The notes beneath the pieces are model-generated. The model was not told where the DNA came from and did not search any database. It was given only the letters and a program-made list of their open reading frames with translations. The translations under genes and the position numbers were made by a program. A DNA stretch of 64,000 nucleotides from Barthelona sp. PCE (lineage: Eukaryota), in assembly GCA_040285745.1 (NCBI GenBank), contig JAUFOR010000001.1, positions 992,001 to 1,056,000 of the forward strand. The letters are read 5' to 3'. Within the stretch, counting starts at the first letter, position 1, and each line of letters opens with the position of its first letter. Shown here piece by piece: positions 54,431 to 64,000 of the stretch.

Positions 54431-55654
54431 TTATTCAAAATTTTTTAAATCAATGCGTTGTGATTTCAAAGGAGTAGATGAGTAAGGCCAAGCCTTTCTC
54501 TTCCGCAATGTGATGTGCATTTCGGCGTCACATGTGAAATATCTGGTTGTTTTACCGTCTCGAATTTTTTTTTTGCGTTTTGGTGTGATTTTAATCTGCA
54601 AAGGATTTTGTTTCATTTTGGGCTTGGGGCTTGGGTGCCAAGTTTCTGTAATTCTGAAAGGTATTCTTCTCTCTCCTTTCTCTACAGCAAATTTTTTGTA
54701 GCTGTGGTAAAGTTTTAAGTTAAATATTCCGGCATGAGATGATTTTTTTGCATAGTTTTCTGTGCTTCTAACAACATTTTCCCACAATCTAGCCTCTTTA
54801 TCACTGGTTGCTATGTTACGCGCAAGCGTTTTGATGGTTCTCAAATCTCTGTAGATTTCTGCATCATTTTGATCACCCTCAAAAGTGATTTTCACAGTGT
54901 GTTCTGCCTTGGACTGAACCATTCTACTTAGATATTTGGGGTATTGGCTCTGTTTCTTTTGCATCTCAGCTTCCCACATGGTGAGGGGAAACTCAATTGC
55001 GAAAAGTAGTTCGAGAATGCGAAGTATTTTGTCTTCTGGGAGTTTAGTATGGAATTGAATTAAATTGACACTGAAATTGCATTGCGCCACCGCATGAAGT
55101 ATAAGATTAATGTCATTTGGCGATACACAAACGAGTGGTTTTTTCTGTAGCTTTGATGATTTTTTTTTTGTATGTGGATTTCGTTTTCCAATTAGTTGTT
55201 TTTGCCTTTCAGGAGGAAATTTCTTGACACAGACGGTACAGATCGGATCATGAAGAGATTTTTTGTGAAGAAATACTGTTGTGGAAAGAGCATTTTTGCA
55301 TAGACAGCATTTCATTATATTCGGCTTATTTCTTGGTTTTAACTTAGTTTTGGGCTTATGCTTGGCTTTTGACTTCTGTTTGTACTTCTGTGGAGCTGAT
55401 ACAACTTCTACTGGATTTTGTTTTTCTTTTTTCTTTAAGACCAAATGGGTACCGTTGCACAATACAGAGAATAATTCCTCTATTTCAACAACGTTTAAGT
55501 GGCGAGATATGTTTTTAATAAGGTATTCTGCTTTTTCCAAGGTTATTTTTAACTTCTTAGCTATTGATGCCTTTTTTGATTGAAGCTGTTGCAAACCAAG
55601 ACCTCTATGTGCCATGACAACCGCAATAAATTTTTTTTTGTTAATTTCATACAT
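54431..55654 (-). CDS. Lys-rich protein with a Cys cluster and a possible degenerate ZZ + SANT module (SWI3/ADA2-like)
   Basis: CCLCKN...ICTVC followed by NDINLILHAVAQCNFSVNLIQFH...LLFAIEFP; the similarity is weak. Alternative ATG at 55615. Confidence 0.5.
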   Translation of the reverse strand: MYEINKKKFIAVVMAHRGLGLQQLQSKKASIAKKLKITLEKAEYLIKNISRHLNVVEIEELFSVLCNGTHLVLKKKEKQNPVEVVSAPQKYKQKSKAKHKPKTKLKPRNKPNIMKCCLCKNALSTTVFLHKKSLHDPICTVCVKKFPPERQKQLIGKRNPHTKKKSSKLQKKPLVCVSPNDINLILHAVAQCNFSVNLIQFHTKLPEDKILRILELLFAIEFPLTMWEAEMQKKQSQYPKYLSRMVQSKAEHTVKITFEGDQNDAEIYRDLRTIKTLARNIATSDKEARLWENVVRSTENYAKKSSHAGIFNLKLYHSYKKFAVEKGERRIPFRITETWHPSPKPKMKQNPLQIKITPKRKKKIRDGKTTRYFTCDAEMHITLRKRKAWPYSSTPLKSQRIDLKNFE

Positions 55655-55815
55655 AAGTGAGATGAAAAATGTGAAAGCAGGTCTTTTTTGCGCTTTTGGG
55701 ATTTACAAACTTTTTGTCAGTTTTAAAGGGTACACAAAACAATTTCACGTGTAGTAGTTAAGTAACGCTGGGTGTTTCAAATGATTCTTAATTTTCTTCC
55801 TTTTCTTGGGATTTT

Positions 55816-57789
55816 ATGCAGGTTTTTAATCGGAAATTGTTTATAGATGTGTGTGAACAGATAAGTACTTGCAAGCTAGTTGAGACTCAGCATTCATTAT
55901 TCACAACAATGACTGATGCATTCAAAGATACAAATTTCATGTTAGACGAGGGTATAATTGAAGCAATAGAAAACGCAGCAAATAGTGTAGTCGATCCAGA
56001 TGTTCTTGCAGAGTTTTTAAAAACATTTCTTCTCATTTTTGAAAGTTCTGTGGAGGAAAAGCAGGATATAGTTCCAACATTCGAGTTTGATACATATCCA
56101 TCCCATGAATTCGTGTTTGAGAAGTATAGGAATGCAAGGATTCCAGATAATGTTTTGATTGAGTTTGGTTTATGTAATGTTGCTCCGTTCCCTACTTCAT
56201 TGAACATGTCACAGTCTCTATGGACAGGTATAGCTATTCGTGCTTTCAACACAAGGCATGTTTTTTGTTGCTGTTATGCTCTGAAACTGTTGCTCTTCAC
56301 TGGTGTTGATTATTCAATTTTAGAAGAAAATGTGCTTTTTATGAACCGTCTCCTGGAGTTCTTTGAAAACGGCATGGCAGATTTTCTCGTGCCCTTCATT
56401 CTCGATTTTTTTCTTGTTTTGTTCAAGAGCAATGTCAAGAAGGACATTTTCATTAATATTTTTGTGTTTAATAAGGGTTTTGATGCGTTATTAAGATGTT
56501 ATAAGAGCGATAATCGACTTATGGGATCTAACTTTGTTCTCCAAAATTTCGAAATTCTTCACATCGTTATTACCCACAAAAATATGAGAGATATCTTCAT
56601 AATGAGTGACTTTTTCAGTGTTCTAGTGGAAGATGCGTCAATATTTCAGAAATTACAGTGCCGAATGAACGAGGATGAAGTGATAAAGATAACTCAAAAT
56701 CTAACGTTATATTTGAGATGCTTGAATGAAGTATACAACACAGAAGAAGTATTTTGCAGTTTACTTCGGATATGCAGTACGTGCACTCGATGTTTCTCTG
56801 AAGTGAAGTTTTACGAACTATACGCCGAAATGGTCAAGTATATTTCGTGTTTCAGTTCAACTTATCTCCAGGTTAAGATTGATTCAGAGGTTTTTTTAGG
56901 ATGTTTCTCTGTCATATTACATTTCCAAGTATTTCTTTTACGGTCACATATAGGAAGTTATGATAGTTTTATTTGTAATTTGTTGAAGATGATGAAATTG
57001 GCATTCGATATAGCAGACAGCGACACACAGTTACAATTAATTAATCTAATACTGCAATCTTTGGTTTATTGGGCACAGGATAACAAGAGGAGTGCAATGC
57101 TGGATTCCAGACATGAGGACCTGGTCTTCTTGTTTGTTGAATTGCTGTTGCACTGCGATTTTCAGACATTCATGACAGACAGAATGAGTGAAGCGCTCCT
57201 TCACTGTATATGTGTATGCGTGGCTTTGAACAATTTCCACATTCTTATCGGTTGTTTATTGCTGGGTATTGAAATTGCACGAAAGTTGCCGAATGCCTTG
57301 AAGCAGAAGTTTGCGTTTTTTTTCTCGCCTTCCTTCACCGTTTCCCGTATGGCGAAGCCTTTATTTGTCTTTCTGAAACGGGAAATGCTTGAATGTTATG
57401 TTGTCACGAATGAAGAAACGAAAGATTGCGAAGTTTTCTTTGTTGAATTTATCAATACAGAATTCTTCCACCCTCTCATCAAGGATCGATTCACTTTATT
57501 GTACAACAAACACTTTGGCAAGGAGAGTTGGCTTGAAGACGTAAACAATAGATCGATCGTTGATGTGCTTGATGAGTTCAAGGTTATGAGCAGATCGTTT
57601 AAGTTCATCACAGAGCAGAACAGCAGGCTAAGCATGGACTATGACCAGCTTAACAGGACATACAATACACTGAGTACAGATCACACTGATCTTTTGGATC
57701 TAATGGCAGATTTGTACTACGAGAATGAGGAGTTGAAACAGAGCCAGTTCGCTAGAGTTATGGATGTAGAAGATTCATTCATTAATTAA
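55816..57789 (+). CDS. Uso1/p115-like vesicle tether (ARM head, short coiled coil, C-terminal motif)
   Basis: NIFVFNKGFDALLRCYKSDNRLMGSNFVLQNFEIL resembles the p115 head segment (IVAFENAFERLLDII...GGIVVEDCL); HTDLLDLMADL resembles the p115 C-terminal QDDLLVLLAD. Confidence 0.6.
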   Translation: MQVFNRKLFIDVCEQISTCKLVETQHSLFTTMTDAFKDTNFMLDEGIIEAIENAANSVVDPDVLAEFLKTFLLIFESSVEEKQDIVPTFEFDTYPSHEFVFEKYRNARIPDNVLIEFGLCNVAPFPTSLNMSQSLWTGIAIRAFNTRHVFCCCYALKLLLFTGVDYSILEENVLFMNRLLEFFENGMADFLVPFILDFFLVLFKSNVKKDIFINIFVFNKGFDALLRCYKSDNRLMGSNFVLQNFEILHIVITHKNMRDIFIMSDFFSVLVEDASIFQKLQCRMNEDEVIKITQNLTLYLRCLNEVYNTEEVFCSLLRICSTCTRCFSEVKFYELYAEMVKYISCFSSTYLQVKIDSEVFLGCFSVILHFQVFLLRSHIGSYDSFICNLLKMMKLAFDIADSDTQLQLINLILQSLVYWAQDNKRSAMLDSRHEDLVFLFVELLLHCDFQTFMTDRMSEALLHCICVCVALNNFHILIGCLLLGIEIARKLPNALKQKFAFFFSPSFTVSRMAKPLFVFLKREMLECYVVTNEETKDCEVFFVEFINTEFFHPLIKDRFTLLYNKHFGKESWLEDVNNRSIVDVLDEFKVMSRSFKFITEQNSRLSMDYDQLNRTYNTLSTDHTDLLDLMADLYYENEELKQSQFARVMDVEDSFIN

Positions 57790-57798
57790 CTGAACTAA

Positions 57799-59268
57799 CT
57801 AAGTAAACGTATTGGTTTTTGGCGGTTTTGCCATTGATTTCTGAACCGGACGAATATTCCAGTTTAAGCAGGAAGTGAGGGAAGAGAACCAGTCGCGTAT
57901 CTGTGACTGCTTTGCAACACACGGAACGGGGTAAGGGGATGACAAAATGACGATTGAATCACCATTTTTCAGCTCATGAGTGTTGCGGCCGTCAAATGTG
58001 CAAAAGATAGAGGTAGAGGAATCTGAATCCACAATGAGCTCAATTTTGGAAGAAAGGGGCACGATAATAGGTCGTAGAGAAAGCATCTGACTGGCAATGG
58101 GTGTGATTAAAACAGAAGGAACGGCTGGATGTACGCAGCAACCGCCAGCACTTAGGCTGTACGCTGTTGATCCGGTTGCAGTTGCGATGAGCACGCCATC
58201 ACCAACGATTCTTGTAGCGGGAATACCATCTATCTTGAGAATCAAGTTCTCAATAAAATTACCGTTTGTGCTACATAAATGTTGAATTTCGAGAGAACGC
58301 TGTACAGCAACCTCGTTAAGCACAGTGAGAGTCTTTGGTTGTGCGGATACACTCTTTTGAAATATGATACATGAGAGACGATCGCGCAACAGTGTTAGAA
58401 AACGACCGTTAAGAACTGTGTTGAGCCCGTTGCTGAGAATATCTGTGCGTGTAAATGGCGTCAAGAATCCCAAAGAACCCATGTTTACGGGAACTACAGG
58501 GGGTACAGCTTTTCTAAACATGTTTACGGCATAAATAACCGTACCATCACCTCCTAAAGTCACTACAAAATCAATTGAGCTGGAACCACAGTAATGGAAC
58601 GCGTTGAAGTCATCAGGGTTGCTAGGTATTGGGAGCACAGCCTGGCGTTCCTCTGTAGACAGTACGTGTTCGATTTCGGCAATGACTGCGATTTCAAGAA
58701 GAACGTTTATGCCCCTCGATATGAGTTCCTGAACAACGTGGCATGTTAGTTCTGTCGATGCAATATCCTTTGGCTTCTTAATGATGAGGACGTTGCTCGG
58801 TGGTCTCTCCCACTCAATACGTTGAGTTCCCAGAGCGCTAATACCAACGTGTCTGATACCAGCAGATGTGGGGTCAATGGCAGTTGTAGTGGTTAGTGGA
58901 AGATCAGGCGTAATCATCGAGGATGGTTTTCGCACCAGTTTTATGCCAACTTTTGAAGCTGCACCTTCACGTTTTGGTGCTGGAGATGGTAGTACTGGAA
59001 GAGGCACACAGTCTTCAGGCATCGATACAGATTGAGTTGAAGCACTACGTCGAAGTTCGGTCAGAGATTGCTCAGAACCCATCGTGACGAGACGATGATG
59101 TCTGTTTCTCTTGGGTGCATGGTAGAATGCGGAACATTCATGACAATAACAACAGTTGCATTCGTTGCAGAAAATATTTGCATCAACAACTTTGCATTTA
59201 TCGCAGATTTGACGATCTGAAACAGTTTCTAATGCATCCAGAGATTGAGATTTCCCTATCTCCAACAT
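57799..59268 (-). CDS. NADK: NAD(+) kinase with an N-terminal B-box zinc finger
   Basis: TLGGDGTV, GSLGFLT, LNEV and GDGVLIATATGSTAYSLSAGG; N-terminal CDKC...CNECNCCYCHECSAFYH...HHRL. Confidence 0.9.
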   Translation of the reverse strand: MLEIGKSQSLDALETVSDRQICDKCKVVDANIFCNECNCCYCHECSAFYHAPKRNRHHRLVTMGSEQSLTELRRSASTQSVSMPEDCVPLPVLPSPAPKREGAASKVGIKLVRKPSSMITPDLPLTTTTAIDPTSAGIRHVGISALGTQRIEWERPPSNVLIIKKPKDIASTELTCHVVQELISRGINVLLEIAVIAEIEHVLSTEERQAVLPIPSNPDDFNAFHYCGSSSIDFVVTLGGDGTVIYAVNMFRKAVPPVVPVNMGSLGFLTPFTRTDILSNGLNTVLNGRFLTLLRDRLSCIIFQKSVSAQPKTLTVLNEVAVQRSLEIQHLCSTNGNFIENLILKIDGIPATRIVGDGVLIATATGSTAYSLSAGGCCVHPAVPSVLITPIASQMLSLRPIIVPLSSKIELIVDSDSSTSIFCTFDGRNTHELKNGDSIVILSSPYPVPCVAKQSQIRDWFSSLTSCLNWNIRPVQKSMAKPPKTNTFT

Positions 59269-59350
59269 AAAAATGTAAGAGAGATGGATGAATGGTAAAA
59301 AAGATGAAACAGAAACTGTGAGTTTTTATTTACGACAAAAAATGAATCAT

Positions 59351-62300
59351 CTATCCGCTATTTGCTCTAGCAATAAAGGATTCAATTAAATTAGAGTGCT
59401 TCTCAAAAATAGAACACTTTTTGACACGATGAGTAATGATTTCAAATGTAGCTGTTGTAACAGCCCATGAAATACAACCCATGGTAGAACAACGCTCCAT
59501 AAGACACCTTAAGATGATCTCACGTTTAGCATTTGTTACCCCTGCTTGATCCCATAGAGTTGTAAAGATGGTGTAAATGAGTGATGATTCAAGACCCATA
59601 TAGCTCATATGATCTGTGAGACACGCAACAGTGTTGTAAGCAATTTGGTTGGAACAATTCATCAGCCCCATGAAGAAGTTCCAGAAGATAGAGTATCGCT
59701 TATGATTGAAGTTTGGTTCTGAATCCATGTGATCGCGGTGAATAATAAAGAATTCTAACCAGAAGTATAACACAGAGTCGATGGCTTGCTCAAGGTATGG
59801 GAATATGTGCTCTGAAGGAACGAGACCGTTAAGCTCACCATTAAGAGGATAAGTGCTTGTAGTCTTCGTAATGCTACGAATAAGCTGTGAAGTCTGGCTG
59901 GGATCGTTGCCATATATAAACTGCTTGATATACTCAAACAAAACAACGCGTTCATTGTTAGCAACGGGCATTTTGATGTTAAGCAGGGTACTACGACGTG
60001 TCAACAACATAAGGTTAAGGTTTACGGTGCTGCATACCTCATCAACTGTTGTGAATTTGTAAAGCTGGTTGAAAGTTACCTTATTATGAATATTTTCGTT
60101 TGCTGTGATTGAGTTCTTAGGGAAAACGTCACAGATGAGGTTGCGAAGGAATATGCACGTAGGTGGGATGTAGTACAGGAATGCAATACCATGTGTGATG
60201 AGGAATCCAGGGAAGGATTTCTTTAGGGAAGCAAACACCTTAACGACAATAACATACAGATCCATCACTTCATCAGGGATTGACTTTAGGTCCTCAGTTA
60301 ACAGCGGTTGCAAGAACTGGAGGACACACTTGATGAGTGAGAATGCCAGTGGTGCAATATGGGTGACAGTGTTCTGATCAATGTTATTGAGTAAATACAT
60401 TACCAACAACCGGTTTGTACTCAACAGCAAGAAAGAATGCGTGAAAGAGGGTACCTTAAGTGGTTGAACACTGACGAGGTGGCGTACGTATACCCTTAAC
60501 AACTCTTGGCGAACGTGATAGAAAGGTTCATAAGCAAACACATACACGAGGATATTGTAAAAGAAGCGGAAATAGATGCTTTGGCGGATGACTCCCATTG
60601 CCTTTGCCTCCTGATCCATGAGCGTGGTGAGTTCCTTGAGAATGAGATCTAACAGCACAGCACAGTTATCAGCTGAAAATCCAATGAGGAACAGGTACCA
60701 GAAAATGGACATCGAATCGACAGGTACTACGTTATATACACTAGGGTCTTCATTTTCAACATCTGCAGCCTTCTGCACTGACCAAATGAACGAAAAACGA
60801 ACGACAGCGGTGAACTGAGCCATGGACAGGAAGGATAGGTTGCGCCAAAGAGAGAAAAATGCACCGAACGATTCAAGATTCAATCCCTGGTTAAGGACGT
60901 ACAGCATCTTTTCCTCATGATCGATGGAACAATCGTCTGTGAAGATCGTGTTGTTCTCTATGAGCTGCGCCATTAAACAGTGCGTGAACGAGTTGAATGT
61001 GTCTCCCAATAACTGCTTATGGTCGGGCAAGAAGTGATCGACATCATGGTTATGGTAGATGTTCCATACCTTTTTTAAGAATTTCAGCAGTGTCGTCCCA
61101 ACATTGTGCTTGGCAAGAACAGAAGTGAATCTCTTGTGAGAGAAGAGACTGGCCATGTATGAGAGTAAGTTAACCATGGAAGTATTCAAAGGGATAGCAC
61201 ATTCCTCAATCAACAAACGGTTGATAAAAACAATGATGGATTCAAGCGTGTCAAAAAAGACAACGCTATTCCCTTCACTCGCTGTTTTGAGCATTTTAAC
61301 AAGCTCTCCAAGCAAATACTTAATGTTGAGTAACTTTCTAGCATACAAAATCCCAAAGACACTGCATGTCTTGACGTCATACCAATTAGGCCTCTGAATG
61401 ATGCATTTCACAACTTGCAACGCAATGTTGTTAGAGATCAATCGCATAGAACTGAGCCAATCTAGTTGTTGGATGAAGCGCTTTGAATCACTCAAGAAAT
61501 GTGAGAAGAGAGCAGAAATCTCGTTAGGAAGGATGGCACTAACAACAGAGGCACGGTTAGGAAGAAGCTTGAAGTACCAGACGTTTTTAGCTTCGACAAC
61601 GGATGTGATAAACTGCTTTTGTTGTTTGAAATCATAGTTGAAAACTTCATTAATATGGCCGCTGATTATGAACTTGTTAACTGAATGTAGGAAATACTGA
61701 CGCTGGTTGTAGTTCAGGTACGTTGGATGATATTTCAAGTAATGAGGAAGCATATTGTTCTCAAGCTTATCGCGCTTCTTATTGTTAGCGTGTACGGTGC
61801 GCATATGCTCAATGATGAGCATGAGGAACTCAGTACCCAAATGAGCATAAGCTTTCTTACAGTTCTCAAGGAATCTACTCTCGAAAGATCCAATTTCCTT
61901 CTTTGTGAAAAGCATGAAGAATTTTCTAAACTTCTTGTGAATAAGCAACTCTAAATTCTTGAAAAAGAATGAAAAATAGCGATCAATGATCTTCTGGAGG
62001 TTATCAAAGTCCTCAACATGACTGAACTCCTTCTCGATGACGGTAACAAGCACTTTTAGATAAGTGTTTTGAATGTGGTGTTGTACCTGTTCGTATGCAA
62101 ACTCCATGGCGTTTCTGGCCAGCTCAGAGTTATCGTCCACCTTCACCGGTTGAACAACGCGTGGCTCAACGACGCGCACAGGTAGTTTCAAGAACATACT
62201 TGCCTTTCCATAAGGCTGAACCACGCCATCAGATATAGCATCCTTTACGTTCATCTGATTGCTAAGGATCTTAATCTGCAGCGTGACCTTGCTGGGGGTA

Positions 62301-64000
62301 TCACTCATGGTCTGGATCTCGCTCAAGAAGTCAAAGACCGTATTGGTCCAGGGATTGGGCAACGTAAACTGACAGCGGCTTCTCTGGTCGTATGGTCCAA
62401 CAGTTTTGAGCACCTGGATGGTGAAAAGTACACCCTCTCTGAGAAGGTTACGTTGTTTAGATTCAATAAGGAGGAGACGGAAGTCGATTTCGCTTAGTAG
62501 AATAGGACGGTTACGCTTAATTGTGAGAGATCCCAAAAAGAAACCGAGGGCTGTGAATGCGCTACGCAATTCGTTTCTGTTTTCATCAGAAATATTAAAT
62601 CCGCTCATAAAGTCAGTGAAGAAAACCGTATGTACAAGGGCGAACACAACAGCTTTGATTTCTTGGATCATTTCGACGTCTGACTTTGTAATGTTCAGTA
62701 CCAAACTAATGAAGCGCTTGATATTTTTCTCCTTGATTACACGATGCAGTACAATGGCCTGCGCAACGAACTTACGCAGATCAACATCGTTCCGGTAGAT
62801 GTCAAAGACTTCCGGTGCAATAGCAGCAGAATTATCTGCAGCGAGTCTGTTGAGAGCATGACGCAATCTATCGCGCTTAGCTTCTGTTGAGCACACGAAC
62901 GTGACACCACCTCGCTTAACCATATCCTCAACGCAATCAGCAAAGTTGAACTCCTGACGAAGGGCGTCGATGTTGAGCACTGTATTGCTGATAGAGAACC
63001 GGGAACCAATTATTTCAACGTATTCACGATGGTCCGGAGGCGGTAGCGTGTAGCTGGAAGCAACAGCCTCACTTAAATGGAACTGTAAAACATCCTTCGC
63101 AGCAGGATCAAGCCAGAGCAAATATAGATGTTTGATGTTCGACTTTGTGAGCCTGAAGTACATGCGGAATGTTTCAAAGAGACCTTTGTCAATATTGACG
63201 AGTCCCTCCTGTTGAAAGATGTATGCAATGACGTGCTGGTAGTTGTCGAGCATAGGCTTGAGAGCCTCGATAAGATAAAAGAGATACCACTTCAAATTAC
63301 CATTATACTTGAGGAGCTCAGCCGAGAACAGCTTTTGGAAGTAAGGGAAGTAATTCTTTGGCATAGTCTTATGTTGGAAACAGAAGCCAGTGACAAGACC
63401 GAGTACTTTAACATGTTCCAACTCGAGCTGATGCAGATTCGAGAGGACGCTAATCAGCTCCTTCAAGAACGGCTCAGTGAGTTGTGACACGTTTAGAATG
63501 CTATGTGCAGGTAACTGATTTGAAACAAAAGCCTGCACACTCAGAGGTGCGTTCTTTTGCTGGTCAAACTGGGATCCACTAACCATCAAATACAGTCTGT
63601 GCATGTACACCACAACCTTCATAGAGTCGCTAATCTTCTGATCCACATTGTTGTGGAGGAACTTCCAGATGGCTTTTATGGACGGGTATGAGAAGTGTCT
63701 ATAGAATTGGATGAGATAAATGAGAAAAGATTCGAGAACACGGTAGTACTGACGCTGCTTATATCGATCAGCATAGAATGTTGGGCTGGACAGCGTGATG
63801 TTGGACTCGGGGATGGGGAACATATGTGGGAGAAGCCTTTCAATGTTGAGAAAAGACTTGCTCACACCCCACATCAAGGCGTCGAATGAGAATGTTCGAT
63901 CAGAGGACTGTAAAGCCATAACCAACATGTTATATTTCTTTAAGAACTCGAATGCACGCTGACGCTGCTTATCTGGGGGTTGGAACAGCTTAACAACTGC
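59351..64000 (-). CDS. CNOT1: CCR4-NOT scaffold Not1 (5' end lies beyond the window)
   Basis: LGFFLGSLTIKRNRPI, FTLPNPWT, QPLKVPSFTHSFLLL, FPGFL...FLRNLI and KREIILRCLMER; the frame stays open from 63928 to the window end. Confidence 0.85.
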   Translation of the reverse strand, partial: AVVKLFQPPDKQRQRAFEFLKKYNMLVMALQSSDRTFSFDALMWGVSKSFLNIERLLPHMFPIPESNITLSSPTFYADRYKQRQYYRVLESFLIYLIQFYRHFSYPSIKAIWKFLHNNVDQKISDSMKVVVYMHRLYLMVSGSQFDQQKNAPLSVQAFVSNQLPAHSILNVSQLTEPFLKELISVLSNLHQLELEHVKVLGLVTGFCFQHKTMPKNYFPYFQKLFSAELLKYNGNLKWYLFYLIEALKPMLDNYQHVIAYIFQQEGLVNIDKGLFETFRMYFRLTKSNIKHLYLLWLDPAAKDVLQFHLSEAVASSYTLPPPDHREYVEIIGSRFSISNTVLNIDALRQEFNFADCVEDMVKRGGVTFVCSTEAKRDRLRHALNRLAADNSAAIAPEVFDIYRNDVDLRKFVAQAIVLHRVIKEKNIKRFISLVLNITKSDVEMIQEIKAVVFALVHTVFFTDFMSGFNISDENRNELRSAFTALGFFLGSLTIKRNRPILLSEIDFRLLLIESKQRNLLREGVLFTIQVLKTVGPYDQRSRCQFTLPNPWTNTVFDFLSEIQTMSDTPSKVTLQIKILSNQMNVKDAISDGVVQPYGKASMFLKLPVRVVEPRVVQPVKVDDNSELARNAMEFAYEQVQHHIQNTYLKVLVTVIEKEFSHVEDFDNLQKIIDRYFSFFFKNLELLIHKKFRKFFMLFTKKEIGSFESRFLENCKKAYAHLGTEFLMLIIEHMRTVHANNKKRDKLENNMLPHYLKYHPTYLNYNQRQYFLHSVNKFIISGHINEVFNYDFKQQKQFITSVVEAKNVWYFKLLPNRASVVSAILPNEISALFSHFLSDSKRFIQQLDWLSSMRLISNNIALQVVKCIIQRPNWYDVKTCSVFGILYARKLLNIKYLLGELVKMLKTASEGNSVVFFDTLESIIVFINRLLIEECAIPLNTSMVNLLSYMASLFSHKRFTSVLAKHNVGTTLLKFLKKVWNIYHNHDVDHFLPDHKQLLGDTFNSFTHCLMAQLIENNTIFTDDCSIDHEEKMLYVLNQGLNLESFGAFFSLWRNLSFLSMAQFTAVVRFSFIWSVQKAADVENEDPSVYNVVPVDSMSIFWYLFLIGFSADNCAVLLDLILKELTTLMDQEAKAMGVIRQSIYFRFFYNILVYVFAYEPFYHVRQELLRVYVRHLVSVQPLKVPSFTHSFLLLSTNRLLVMYLLNNIDQNTVTHIAPLAFSLIKCVLQFLQPLLTEDLKSIPDEVMDLYVIVVKVFASLKKSFPGFLITHGIAFLYYIPPTCIFLRNLICDVFPKNSITANENIHNKVTFNQLYKFTTVDEVCSTVNLNLMLLTRRSTLLNIKMPVANNERVVLFEYIKQFIYGNDPSQTSQLIRSITKTTSTYPLNGELNGLVPSEHIFPYLEQAIDSVLYFWLEFFIIHRDHMDSEPNFNHKRYSIFWNFFMGLMNCSNQIAYNTVACLTDHMSYMGLESSLIYTIFTTLWDQAGVTNAKREIILRCLMERCSTMGCISWAVTTATFEIITHRVKKCSIFEKHSNLIESFIARANSG

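Noticed and set aside
55749-55756. GTGTAGTA (U2 snRNA branch-pairing motif)
   Set aside because: An isolated 8-mer in a short divergent promoter, without U2 stem-loops or the rest of the U2 5' sequence.
787-63889. Many short overlapping or antisense ORFs in the ORF track
   Set aside because: They are shadows of the long genes in other frames or strands and have no recognisable motifs.

Overview
This is a gene-dense, intron-poor eukaryotic window read in the standard genetic code (TAA, TAG and TGA are all used as stops). It most likely comes from a flagellated protist. The two introns I can reconstruct have the branch point fused to the 3' splice site (CTAAY-RTTTAG), as in Giardia and Trichomonas, which suggests a metamonad-like organism (inference). 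Host genes include an axonemal inner-arm dynein heavy chain, a catalytically degenerate TrpRS paralog, USP5/13, a YwaF/TMEM164-family membrane protein, IleRS (two candidate first exons and a hairpin-folded intron), a propeller-pseudokinase, proteasome beta5, a PQ-loop transporter, a shortened VPS13-like protein, an hSac2-domain protein, an STE20 kinase, a Uso1/p115-like protein, a B-box-NAD kinase fusion, CNOT1, and three members of a divergent ~650-aa family. The most unusual part is 46.2-52.4 kb. There, a 5.7-kb element bounded by 48-bp terminal inverted repeats (TIRs) encodes a ~1138-aa hAT-type transposase broken by three +1 homopolymer frameshifts. Its 2-kb 5' region carries a tRNA-Ile(AAT) and two diverged copies of an unrecognised, apparently pseudoknotted structured RNA, whose main stem contains a 10-mer also present in the TIRs. 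All calls come from reading the sequence by eye; no searches or folding programs were run.
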